From assembly GCA_043228905.1 (NCBI GenBank), contig JBHGNT010000005.1, positions 4,836,001 through 4,900,000 of the forward strand: a stretch of 64,000 nt of DNA, read 5' to 3'. Of the stretch, positions 10,741-22,870 are shown in pieces. This DNA is from Azolla caroliniana (lineage: Eukaryota; Plantae; Polypodiophyta). Below the pieces are notes generated by a model that did no database searches, was not told the origin of the DNA, and saw only the letters and a program-made list of their open reading frames with translations. Position numbers and translations under genes: made by a program. The number at the start of each line of letters is the position of its first letter. Within the stretch, counting starts at the first letter, position 1.

Positions 10741-12084
10741 AATTGGTTGAACCTCGATAAATTTTGGTAATGATTTCTCTCTCCTTCTTACTCTATCTAT
10801 CTAATATAGCTTTATTCTCTGTTATATATTGTTATTTTGACGCTTCCGCAATAATTCTAAATTGTTATATATTTCATTATTCGAAAAAGTACGCAAAGAT
10901 ACACAAATCATCGTAACTACCTCACAAAAATAATGAAATACATGAAATAAATATCGTGTTAAAATTTTTAAGCCAAAGGCCAAAGACGATATTTGTCAGT
11001 AATCGTAAATCATTCTTGCAAAGTAGGTATAATAAGCATTAAAGAAAGAATAATCAACATTCAACTTAGAGAATAATTAACTTGAAGAATATCGTTTTGA
11101 GAATATAAAGGATAATTTTTTAAGTGTGGTTCTACAAAAACATACAAAATTATATATATGATATGGAAAATAGTTTATTAGCATTTCATTTGAGTAATAA
11201 TAATTTTAAGTGGCCTTTCACATAAAAATGAAATTTAAACTCTTATGTGTCACTTTATAAACATTTTTGTTGGATGCATGTTTTCAACGGGCAAAATGAC
11301 CTTTGATACGCACGAAACCTGTCAAATTTTTGCGATGGCCTTACTTTCTCTGTCTATCCCAAGATGTAGGTAGTAGATTTTAGCTGTTGTTTTGATAGAG
11401 TCATCAAGACCCTCAAAATGAGTAGGCGGGCAGCGGATCATGGGTGGAGTCTTTGATGTGTCCTTTATTGTAAATTAAATTTAGGATTATTGGAAATCTT
11501 GTTCATTTGAACCTCATTGTTAATTCTCGTTATATATTGGTAATTATCATATACATACATGTCCTGTAATATGATAAGCTATATAGTATATGCAGTAAAT
11601 ACATAAATTATTTACGGGGAGGTGTTCATACTCATTACTAAATACAATGTATTTAAAGATCAATGTTTAACTAATATCTCCATAAAGACAGACAGAGTTA
11701 TGTAACTTGATTCTCACTGAAAAAATATGCTAAGAAGTTCAAACCAGTCCGCTTACGACCTGAGTGCCTGCCTGGTTTCCTCATTAGCTCAATTTACTTG
11801 CTGGGTCGAACGAACGAAGTACAACTCGCTTAGCTTTGTTACAACCTGCAACAATAGTTGGTGACATCACCACTCCCAATTATCACAATTCAATGTTTGG
11901 TGGGCCGTGGCCATCCAACAATGGATATACATACCGACACCTATAAAAACACCTCATAAGCAGATCAAGTATTGCATTTCCATTGACGAGAAAGAGAAAG
12001 AGAAACAGAAACAGAAACAGAAACAGGAGCTGTATTTCATTCCATTGCCAGGAGTTTGAATCTGGATTCAGAGAGCCGATACCA

Positions 12085-14097
12085 ATGTGTTCCTCATCCC
12101 AATACTCTTCTTCATCGGGAGGACAAAGAGCTCGTGTTGTGGTGGCCCTCGACTTTGGTACCACGTTCTCCGGCTTTGCGTACGCACGCACTGCTGAGCC
12201 TGACACTATTTACAAGTTCTATGATTGGCCATGTGTGGACAAGGTGGGTGCCAAGCCCTACTGCAAGACTCAGACGGCTCTCTATTATGAGCCCATCATC
12301 AAGCAAGAGCCACAATATGTTGGCCGTAGTCACGTTGCGCCCCCTGGCCCAGCTTTCAAGCTCAAGTCCTGGGGATGGCCTGCTCTTGTCGACTACACTG
12401 ACTCTGCTTGCTCCGCCTCGAAAGCATCCGGCGGTGGTCGCGCCAACTCCATTCGCTCTACTCCTCCCACAATTGCCTCTAGAATGAAAGGTCTACACGT
12501 GGTGGATTCTGAAGGATGGAGGCCATGGGAAGCCATGCTCAAGCCAAGTGGTTCAAACCACATTGGTGTAAACAGTACAGGTAAAGATATTGAACATTGC
12601 AAAGATTGGAGCTCGCGTTGTGGTTTTTTCGCGACGAAGTTCAAGCTCTACCTCGCCGATAACCCTCCCGGCCATCGGAACCTTACCCCTGCGGGCCTCT
12701 CTATGGAGGCCCTCATTGTTGACTACCTTCGAGGCATTTCAGGATTCATCCTCTCCGAGCTCCAACTCCGATATGGCAAGCATTTTGGTATGGATGATGT
12801 GCAATGGTGCCTCACGGTGCCGGCCATATGGGATGAGAAGGCGAAGCAGACCATGAAGGCCTGCGCTGAGAAGGCCGGGATGGTGAAGGGTCCTGGATGT
12901 GATGTGTCGGTCGCTGCCAGTCCCTTCCCTCTAGACATCATCCTTGAGCCTGAGGCCGCGTCCGTCTACTGCCAGGAGAAGGCCAAAGCAAGCCTCCGCC
13001 TGAGAAAGGGTGACAAGCTCCTAATTGCCGATGTGGGTGGGGGCACCATCGATCTCGTCCTCCACGAGAAAGCAGATGACGACCCCCAAAGCCTCAAGGT
13101 GCATGAAGTGGTGGGTAGCTACGGAGAGCTCGGAGGCGGGACGTTTGTGGATTCCCACTTCTTCAGTTTCCTGTCCGAGAAAATCGGATGCTTCAAGGAG
13201 TTCTGCAACAGCCATCCGGACATAGCCATGAGAATCTATGGATGGTGGCAGGACATCAAAACGGGTTTCGATGGTGAAGGCTACAGCGCAGATTTGCTTC
13301 TTCCTCGGAAGCTCAGTGAGGCGTGGGAGAAGTACGACAACGACAGTGGCGTTGGATCTGGGGGATGCAACACAGAAGATTACGATGAAGTGCGATTGGA
13401 AGACTCTGATTTCATGAAGATATTCGGACCGGAGGTGGAGAAGGTGCTGAGGCTAATCGAGAAGCAGGTAGGGGGAGTGAGGGTACTGATGGTGGTCGGT
13501 GGCTTTGCAGCTTCGCCATACCTGAGGAAGAGCATAAGAGACAAGTTCAGGGGAATGGTGGATGAGATCATGGTGCCGGAGGACCCAGGGAGTGCGATAT
13601 GCGATGGAGCCGTGCGCCTTCACATAGCAAGCGACATAATACAGTCGAGGATCGCGAAGAAGACGTACGGAATTGGGACACTTAGACGGGCGGTTGCAGG
13701 AGATCCAGCGGAGTTCTTGGGTGTAGACGATGATGGAGAATTGATATGCAATGACACGTTTGATGTTTATGTTAGGGAAGGGTCGAGAGTTCCTTTGGGT
13801 CACTCTGTGGAGCACACTTTTTCTCCTAGTTTTCATGGGCAGAGGAGTATAGGCATCGATTTGTATAGCTCTGTGAATCGTAATCCGAAGTTCACTAGGG
13901 GAGAGGAAGGAGTGGTGGAGGAAGGGAGTTTTCTGGTGGACATTTCAGAAGAGGCAACGGAGATGGACAAGAAGAGACGGGTCTTAGTGACCATGTGTTT
14001 TGGTGCATCTCTCATTGGAGTGAGTGCTTCGAGGGTGAATTTTGGGAGGTCCAGAGCTGCGGAGCATGGCCTCTCCGTAGTCTTCCAAGCTAGTTAA
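12085..14097 (+). CDS. HSPA12-like atypical Hsp70 family protein, copy 1 (intronless, about 670 aa)
   Basis: VVVALDFGTTFSGFAYA, WCLTVPAIWDEKAKQTM, LEPEAAS, DVGGGTIDL, VGGFAASPYL and SRIAKKTYG. The ATG at 12085 aligns with the ATG of copy 2. TATA-like CTATAAAA at 11941. Confidence 0.9.
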   Translation: MCSSSQYSSSSGGQRARVVVALDFGTTFSGFAYARTAEPDTIYKFYDWPCVDKVGAKPYCKTQTALYYEPIIKQEPQYVGRSHVAPPGPAFKLKSWGWPALVDYTDSACSASKASGGGRANSIRSTPPTIASRMKGLHVVDSEGWRPWEAMLKPSGSNHIGVNSTGKDIEHCKDWSSRCGFFATKFKLYLADNPPGHRNLTPAGLSMEALIVDYLRGISGFILSELQLRYGKHFGMDDVQWCLTVPAIWDEKAKQTMKACAEKAGMVKGPGCDVSVAASPFPLDIILEPEAASVYCQEKAKASLRLRKGDKLLIADVGGGTIDLVLHEKADDDPQSLKVHEVVGSYGELGGGTFVDSHFFSFLSEKIGCFKEFCNSHPDIAMRIYGWWQDIKTGFDGEGYSADLLLPRKLSEAWEKYDNDSGVGSGGCNTEDYDEVRLEDSDFMKIFGPEVEKVLRLIEKQVGGVRVLMVVGGFAASPYLRKSIRDKFRGMVDEIMVPEDPGSAICDGAVRLHIASDIIQSRIAKKTYGIGTLRRAVAGDPAEFLGVDDDGELICNDTFDVYVREGSRVPLGHSVEHTFSPSFHGQRSIGIDLYSSVNRNPKFTRGEEGVVEEGSFLVDISEEATEMDKKRRVLVTMCFGASLIGVSASRVNFGRSRAAEHGLSVVFQAS

Positions 14098-14599
14098 TTT
14101 TGTGACAAGCTAGTATACCCCAAGATTTCCGGTTTGTTTTGGGAATGAATTCTGATGCGATTAGCTCTTTAATGACTTTTCCATGGTGCGCATACATTAT
14201 GTTGTCATGTTGTGAACTTCTTTCGACTTTCTTATGGAATATATTAGCCTTCATTATCCCAACATTTCAGAAATATATTTTCGGACCATAATATATGTTT
14301 TCGTATATCGAAACATGTTTGTGGTTATTGGCACATTTTTGGTCCTCATGTTCTCAGTTTTTGTTCCTTGTACTCATTTTATTGATATGCTTCATCCTGT
14401 AATTAGTCAAGTAGTAGATGAGGTACCTAAAAGCATGAAAATTTTCAATTTTTTGATTGAGCAGTGTTACTTAACTGAGATTCTTTGCATTTAATTGTTT
14501 GAGTGGAAGGTTTTACTTTTTACATTTTCAAAGAATGTTGATTAAGGGTTGTTGTGTTACATTTTCCTAATCAAAACTTGTTGACATAAGTGCCAATTT

Positions 14600-15290
14600 A
14601 CCTTATGTCTATCCAAATTAACAAGGGAATGGAAATAACTCAGGCCACAATTCTAGGTTATGATTTCAGATGCGAAAATGGAATTCTAAGACACGTAGTA
14701 GAACGAACAATGGGAACAATAATAAGTAACATCTCAAACTAGATTAGATAGGAAGCATTTATGTTAGATAACCAAACCTCAATGTATACCAACATCAAGT
14801 ATTGTTATGAACTTGTCAAGTTTGATGTTTGTGGGTCTCATTGCCAATATTTTGGCCAGTAATTGTGGCTTCCTCAAGTACAATACTTGCAAGACACTTG
14901 TACCAAACTACCAAAAGGGCGTCTGAGGGATAATACAATCTATGGGAGAACCAAATGAGCGATGGTGTGACTATGTTGTAGCTAGGATTGCATGCTTCTA
15001 CTTGTCCCTTGATCATCCCAAGCTCTACACATAATCAACTATACCTTTGTATGGCCAACCTCCAATGGCTAATGCTATAGTCTTTATGAAAAGGACTATG
15101 GCAATTTCCCTATGTTTATTTGCCATAAAACATATTAATTCAAACACGGGAATGCCCACTCTTTCAAAACTTACTCATGTAGACATCAGTCTCCAATTAA
15201 TCCTTTCTTGCACACACACACCATGCATCACACACCAAAGGCGAGTGGAACTACTAACAACAAAATAGAGAAGGCATATGATAGAGATAG
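14600..15290 (-). mobile_element. Degenerate repeat, possibly a LINE ORF1 remnant; related copy at about 24210-24930
   Basis: Colinear similarity between the two regions (e.g. AAAACATATTAA, ACTCATGT.GACATCA, AGAGAAGGCATAT). The LINE assignment rests only on weak motif resemblance. Confidence 0.35.
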
Positions 15291-15350
15291 TGAATCATTT
15301 ATAATAGACGGTTTTTGTTTTTGTTTTGTTCTTTTTTAACAAAACTACAC

Positions 15351-15718
15351 CATAGTTTCCGTTACCAATGCAACATTTTTGTAAAATACTTCACATAAAA
15401 TACGCGTACAATACGTATTCTACAAGTATTCTAACTTTTTTTTTAAAAATACTTAGAATACGTATTTTATAGATAAAGTACGTCAAATACTTAGAATACG
15501 TGTAGAATACTTGTAAAATACGTTAAATACTTCTTAAATTTTAAAGTTTATTTTTTCAAAAAAAAGAAAATATTTTTTGAAATGATAAATACTTGTTAAA
15601 TACGTTGAATACATAGAATACGTCAAATTTTTACAATACGTAGAATACGTCCAATTTTAAAAAACGGCAATTCTAAAACGTACTCTAAACGTAGAATACG
15701 CGTTTTTTAACAACTATG
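15351..15718. mobile_element. Putative hAT-type non-autonomous element with many AATAC(G)T subterminal repeats
   Basis: Ends CATAGTT...AACTATG; dense GAATACGT/AAATACTT motifs; no TSD found. Confidence 0.45.
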
Positions 15719-17226
15719 CAGTCCAATAAGTGTATACAAAGCATGTAATGATACAATCTAGTGGAGGGTGAGATAACAGAGAAAAGGTATATCCCCCACT
15801 ATGTCATAATTGAAACCGAACTCCGCCTATGGAGAACCATCAAGGGGGTACATATTGCCAAACCATTTTTGTCTTGTTAAAATGACCGATATTCATAGGT
15901 TTTTGTTTTTTATAATGGCCAATATTCATAGATTTTTGTTTTTCTATAATGACGAATATTCATAGGTTTTGGCTTGTGGCCATCCCATCAACTGGCCTTA
16001 AAGGAATGATCGTTACTTGACTAAGTGATAATGATGTTTACCCTATATAGGCAACCTTCCTATCTAAGGGGGACTTTTAATACCTATCCTATTTGATGAC
16101 CTTCTTAATATTCTAAGCACTATGGCCTTTCAAAATGTTCCCACTTATTTAACAACCAACACATGGGGTCATGGAACTACGAATCCCAAAAACAAACCCA
16201 AAGAATAGTGATCATGAAGGGGAACCCAAAAACCAATTTAATGATCAAGTCAATAGTGGTGGAAAGGATGCTTACACAATTTGAGTAGCTTATGAAGTTG
16301 AGGTGACAATGGAGTGCTTGAGGAAATACATATGTGCTTTCTCTACGAACTCCTACCTTGTGTATTCTCTCGACTTAAATACATAGGTTTTTGTAAGAAA
16401 AACACAAGGGACATGTGGCTACACATAGAATAGTCAAGATTACCCTTTTGTAATTGCCTTTTGAGTTGATATGTCACACTCATAGCCTGTTTTAAGTGTT
16501 AAAAAAATATCACTGACAATCACCTACTTTATACTTCTCGATGAGAGTTTACTTGAAGGTATATTGTCTTCAATGAATGCCCAACAAAAGTAGTCCTAAG
16601 GATGGTAAGATAAGTTTTCGGTTATCATATATCCACGCCAATGTATTATGTTGATGAACACATATTTAAACAACATTTTAAAGGCATTTCTCATGATGTG
16701 GAGTGCGAAGGGAGAAAACGAATAAAATTCACATTCTACAATAGGTCAAGGTTCTGCTTAGTGGAGGGTTCAAAAACCACTTGGGGCAATGAAGGGCGAA
16801 AGATGAGTTACAACATTAATGTGATGACAATGAAGCAAGTGTGAAATATGCACAATGATGTAGTGAACCATTGCTAGTATCTATTGGGTAGATAATGTGT
16901 ATATGGATTCCCTAAACTACCTAGTACCGAGGGCATCAACACTAAAGCACATTTAATGGAAATCCTAGCTAATGCAGGGTGGTGTGCCACGGCCCACACG
17001 AAAAATGTAAGGTGGTGTTGTAAACCAATTCAACTAGCAAGAATTTTACCCAATCTTCTTGTTGAGAATCAAACTCAACTTCCCTAATGAAGTGCTTTCA
17101 TAGTAGGCTAGTTTTATAAATAACAGAAAGGGTTGTTGCCTTGACTAGTTGGTATTTAAACCAACCTTTCGTAACTTAGCTACTGTTGGATGCAATTTTG
17201 TTTTTCACTAATATAGCTTCTTGTTC

Positions 17227-17274
<48 letters not shown>

Positions 17275-17319
17275 TTGTCTTACGTACACACGCGCGGTTT
17301 ACTTCCATTGCACAACATC

Positions 17320-17900
17320 ACCTACGTCATCTTTACACTTCTTGATGATAGCTCGCCATATGTTAGAGATGTTGTTGGAAGACCTCACGAATGCATTGGG
17401 GGAAAAGGTTACCCAGTTCAGACCATGTTCTTCAGCTAAAAGATGTGCCAAGCCCTGCTAAAAGACTTCACTAAGGGATAAACTAACTCGCCTATCTCCA
17501 CTTTTGCATAATGTCTATGTTTTGTTAGACTTTGTGAAAAACCCAAGATACCGTCCATGATAGACCATGATAATTGGTCCATGTATTCCTTGAAGATATC
17601 ATTCCTCTTGTGAGTGTGAACAATATCACCTTATAGTCAAAATCCCATGCCTAGAGAGTATTAGAATGTCGTATTTTATTCATTGTCCATCACACAAACC
17701 AAAATTAGGCCACCTACTAAACAATTTTGGAGAAGGTTTTTTTTAGTTTAAAGATGGTGAAGAGAAATCAGGTTAATGGCAAAAAGTATTGATCCATATT
17801 GTTAGTCAATTCAAGCACGAATTGTACATCGAATGTCCAATCTTGGTTATGGTAAAAGTAATGCAAAAGTCTCCACTGGCCCATGAAATGTCTCCTATCG
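17320..17900 (-). mobile_element. Possible degenerate L1-type LINE ORF2 fragment
   Basis: The minus strand gives NISNIWRAIIK, resembling the LINE SxIWRxI motif; many stops. Confidence 0.3.
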
Positions 17901-18799
17901 TGTTGTGTATTCATGTATGAATCACAAGCCAAAATTTTGATCTAATATAAATCTTGTTTTCCACTCATGTGTGTACTATGTTTTTCTACCCGAAGAATAT
18001 ACGATTATGTAGCCTTCATATTGATAGAGTTACTCCACACCCTCACTATTAGTAGGGGGAATCTTGAGCCTATGTGAACTCATGATCATGGATTGTCGTT
18101 AAACACGTTAATTCATGTTTTATGTCTCGTTCTTTTTTATTAAATTCCAGGTTTTTTGAAAAAAAATTCATTTGAACGTCATTCTTAATTCATCTAATGC
18201 AATCTTACTACTTGTATATAGTAAATGTATAGATTCTTACTACTTATGTAAGGGTGAGGACGCGGCCACTCTTCATGCCTCATTGCCTTCATACAATGTA
18301 TAGACACATACATATATTTAAGGGTCACACATTTAGTACTCAAACAACAGAGAGTAAAATAACTTTCTAACTCAAAACACAGGCTAATTAGGAGTTCCAA
18401 TTATTGCCTCTCTCTACTCTGTCTAACGAGTTACCCTATTTTTTAGAAGGCTCCTTTTCCTCTATGTTAGAGGTTCAGGAGAACGTATGCACACAAAATT
18501 TAAACCGAGGTTTATTTGGGCAGTTGAAAATGCAATGAGTATGGCTGCTCACATACCATCCCTTATCTAGCAATTCAATGCTTTTACAGCCAACAACCCA
18601 TACCCACAACGATAGCCAAATCTTTTTTCTTCGTTTCATGACCACACGCCTACAAAAACAACAACTCAGCTGGCCATGCAACACAAATATTCCTCATCAT
18701 ATTCACATAGATATAGAGAAAGAGAGAGCCATTCATCGCATTCCATTCCATTGCAAGGAGTGCCAATCATCAGAATTCAGAACGTCAAATCGTTGACAA

Positions 18800-18820
18800 A
18801 TGTCTTCCTCATCACAATAC

Positions 18821-18855
<35 letters not shown>

Positions 18856-20728
18856 TGGGGGAGGGGGAGGAGCTCGCATTGTCGCGGCCCTTGACTTTGG
18901 CACCACGTTCTCGGGGTTTGCGTATGCGCGCACCGCCGAACCCGACAAGGTTTTCAAGCACTACGACTGGCCGTGCGTGGGCAAGGTGGGGGCCAAGCCC
19001 TACTGCAAGACGCAGACCAGCCTCTACTACGAGCCCATCATCGCCAAGCCTGAGACACAAGATGTCGGTCCTAATCAAGCTCAACAATCCCCAGCCTTCC
19101 AGCTCAAGTCCTGGGGATGGTCGGCTCTCGTCCATTACACTGAGTCGGCTCGCTCTGCTTCCAGATCATCACCTGCTGCTCACCATAACCCTAATCGACT
19201 GGCGCCTCCGGATTATGAAGGATGGAAGCCATGGGAAGTCAACGTTATGGACAACCCAAGCGGTTCCAACAACCTTGATGTGATCTGCACCGAACTACGG
19301 AGTGGCCCCAGCTCGCTTGTTGGCTTCTTCGCCACCAAGTTCAAGCTCTACCTCGCAGATCAGCCTCCATGCCATCGGAACCGTAGCCCTGCAGGCCTCT
19401 CTGTGGAGGTCCTCATAGCTGACTACCTTCGGTGCATTTCAGGATTCATACTCTCCGAGCTCCAACTCCGATACGGTAAGCATTTGGGTATGGATGATGT
19501 GCAATGGTGCCTCACGGTGCCGGCTATATGGGATGAGAAGGCGAAGCAGACCATGAAGGCCTGCGCTGAGAAGGCCGGGATGGTGAAGGGTCCTGGATGT
19601 GATGTGTCGGTCGCTGCCAGTCCCTACCCTCTGGACATCATCCTTGAGCCTGAGGCTGCATCCGTGTATTGCCAGGAGAAGGCCAAAGCCAGTCTCAACC
19701 TGCGAAAGGGTGACAAGCTCCTAATTGCCGATGTGGGTGGGGGCACCATTGATCTCGTCCTCCACGAGAAAGCAGATGACGACCCCGAAAGCCTCAAGGT
19801 GCATGAAGTGGTGGGGAGCTATGGAGAGCTGGGAGGTGGGACGTATGTGGATTCCCATTTCTTCAGCTTCCTGTCCGAGAAGATCGGATGCTTCAAGGAG
19901 TTCTGTAACAGCCATCCATCCATAGCCATGAGAATCTATGGATGGTGGCAGGACATCAAAGCTGGTTTCGATGGTGAAGGCTACAGCGCAGATTTGCTTC
20001 TTCCTCGGAAGCTCAGTGAGGCGTGGGAGAAGTACGACAACGACAGTGGCGCTGGATCTGGGGGATGCAACACAGAAGATTATGATGAAGTGCGATTGGA
20101 AGACTCTGATTTCATGAAGATATTCGGACCGGAGGTGGAGAAGGTGCTGAGGCTAATCGAAAAGCAGGTAGGGGGAGTGAGGGTACTGATGGTGGTCGGT
20201 GGCTTTGCAGCTTCGCCATACCTGAGGAAGAGCATAAGAGACAAGTTCAGGGGAATGGTGGATGAGATCATCGTGCCGGAGGACCCAGGGAGTGCAATAT
20301 GCGATGGAGCTGTGCGCCTTCACATAGCGAAGGACACAATACAGTCGAGGATCGCGAAGAAGACGTATGGAACTAGCATGCGTAGACGGGCGGTTGCAGG
20401 AGATCCAGCGGAGTTCTTGGGTGTAGACGATGATGGAGAATTGATATGCAATGACACGTTTGATGTTTATGTTAGAGAAGGGTCGAGAGTTCCTTTGGGT
20501 CACTCTGTGGAGCACACTTTTTCTCCTGTTGTTCATGGGCAAAGGGCGATGAGCGTAGACCTGTATAGCTCTGTGAATCCAAACCCTAAGTTCACGAGAG
20601 GAGAGGAAGGAGTGGTGGAGGAAGGGAGGTTTGTGGTGGACATTTCAGAAGAGGCAACGGAGATGGACAAGAAGAGGCGGGTCTCAGTGACCATGTGTTT
20701 TGGTGCGTCTCTCATTGGAGTGAGTTGA
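18800..20728 (+). CDS. HSPA12-like Hsp70 family protein, copy 2 (642 aa, C-terminally truncated)
   Basis: Same motifs as copy 1 and nearly identical over the central region. Poly-Ser from (TCA)n. A TGAGT duplication at 20721-20730 creates the stop codon. Confidence 0.88.
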
Positions 20729-21257
20729 GTGCTTCGAGGGTGAATTTTGGGAGGTCCAGAGCTGCGGAGCATGGCCTCTCCGTAGTCTTCCACGCTCATT
20801 AATGTTGTGACTAACATTCATGTTTGTATATACCTTGCTTCTTCGTTCATTTTCTTTAGCGGTACCTTGAGATATGTTTTTTGGAGGTACCACAATTCTA
20901 AACTTGGAGAGCACGGTTCCTAAGAAGTAATGTTACGAGGGAAATTAGCAACTACTATTATGTCTATCTATAAGAACATAGCAGCTTCTCACTATTAACC
21001 ATATTATGTCCTCGAAGTTTAGTGCTTGCATGTGCACACACGAAGATATATATATTTCTATGTTCAATTAAAATGTTGTTGTTCACTACATCAAGTTTTC
21101 AGATCTGTGCTTTCAATTTTAACATATAAATCAAGTTAATTTGAATATGGCATGATTGATCGACCATATCTTATTGATAATATCTAATGAGATTGAGTCC
21201 TTACAATTGCCCTATGCTTCCCATGCCAACACTTTATGTTGGAGGGTAAACAAGACT

Positions 21258-21575
21258 TTGGCGAAATTTTAACCACATTGTAGAGCTTTATTGGGAAATG
21301 GTTGGTGAGTTCGTTAAAATGCAATTACCATTGATCATAGTCCGAGTCATGGTAATTTAGTGTTGCAATGTTCTAGTGACTTATCACAATGAACAAATCT
21401 TTTTCTTTATTTAATGACTTTTGCGAAATTTTAACCACATTGTAGAGCCTTTTTGGGAAATGGATGGTGAGTTATTTAAAATGCAATTACCATTTATCAT
21501 AGTGTGAATTATTGTAATTTAGTGTTGCAATGTTCTAGTGAATGATCACAATGACCAAATCTTTTTCTTTATTTT
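21258..21575. repeat. Diverged tandem duplication, about 163-bp unit x2
   Basis: GCGAAATTTTAACCACATTGTAGAGC...CAAATCTTTTTCTTTATT occurs twice in tandem. Confidence 0.85.
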
Positions 21576-21706
21576 ATTACTACACCTATGAAAACCTTAG
21601 TTGGCCATGCAAGAAAGATGGAGAGGAATCAAGAGAGATAGGGAGAGATCCAATGGATTCCACTATAATATTTTCAATCCAGCTTTAGAGATTGAAAGTG
21701 ATGTTA

Positions 21707-22870
21707 ATGTCTTCCTCATCACAATACTCATCATCAAGAGGAGCTTGTGTCGTGACGGTGTTCGACATTGGCACCATGTTCTTGGGATTTATGTACATGT
21801 GCATGGATGAATTTGACAAGGTTATCAAACACTGCAATTAGTCATGTGTAGACAAGGTGGGTGCCAAGCACAATTGCATGACATAAATCACTCTCTATTA
21901 CAACGTTTGACAACGTTGGCTTCAGTAATGTTGCATACCCAGCCATCCACATGGTCTTTTAGGTGCCCTTGTTCACTACATGGAGTTGTCTTTGATGTCT
22001 AGTGGTGCTCACAATATCCTAATCTCTCAGGCTCAACCACTATTGCTTCCAGAAGTGGAAACTCCTACTTTATATTATGAAGAAAGGAGTTCATGAAATG
22101 TCAAAACATGGGACCATTTTGGTGATGACTAATTCCAAAATAGCCATGGATAGGGCATCAAAATGGGTTTTGATAATGAAGACTTTAGTGGATGTATACT
22201 TCTTCCTTGGATGCTTAGAGAGGACCTATTAGAAGTATGATAAGGCCTCTAGATGTGGGTGATGCAACAAAGACAATTATGATGAAGTTTGAATTGGAAG
22301 ACTAAAATTTCATGAAGATATTTAGACAAATGGTGGACAAGTGGCTAGGCTAATCCAAAAGGAGATAAGTTGAGTAAGGGTCTTGATGTTGTAGATTCAC
22401 CATACACAATGAAGAACATAAAGACAAGCTCATAGGAATAATGGATGTGATCAATGTAAAGAAAGTGTGTGATGTGCAATGGAGTTGTGTGCCACAAATA
22501 ACAAAGGGACTAATGCAAATAGGACATACAAAATTTGAACAAGTTGATTCGTGGTTAAAATAAGAAGATCTTGTATATAGACATTGATGGGAATTGATGT
22601 CCAATGACACTTCTTTGTATGTTTTTGTTAGGGAGAGTCTAAAGTGCCATTGGGTCACTTCCTGAAGCATTGTTTTTTTCTCTGTGAACGTGGAAAAAGA
22701 AGATGACCATCTGTTTGTGTGGAAGACGAGATGTTTTAAATGGCCAATTCATTTGGGGCCATGGAGATGGACAAAGAGAAATACATATTGGTGACCATGT
22801 GCTTCAATGCATCTCTCATCAATTTGACATCTTTAATGGTCAATTTCGTCAAGTCTAGAGTTGCATGGCT
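21707..22870 (+). pseudogene. HSPA12-like copy 3, heavily decayed with internal deletions
   Basis: Starts ATGTCTTCCTCATCACAATACTCATCATCA like copy 2. Recognisable blocks include GACAAGGTGGGTGCCAAGC, TTTCATGAAGATATT, GGAGATGGACAA and GTGACCATGTG..GCATCTCTCAT. Stops and frameshifts throughout. Confidence 0.9.

Noticed and set aside
11983-12084. N-terminal extension of the 704-aa ORF (MTRKRKRNRNR...)
   Set aside because: It starts at TTG, runs through an (AGAAAC)n leader repeat just after the TATA box, and copies 2 and 3 start at the equivalent of ATG 12085.
15390-15710. CRISPR-like or satellite array of AATACGT motifs
   Set aside because: Eukaryotic context, irregular spacing and no repeat-spacer structure; better explained as transposon subterminal repeats.
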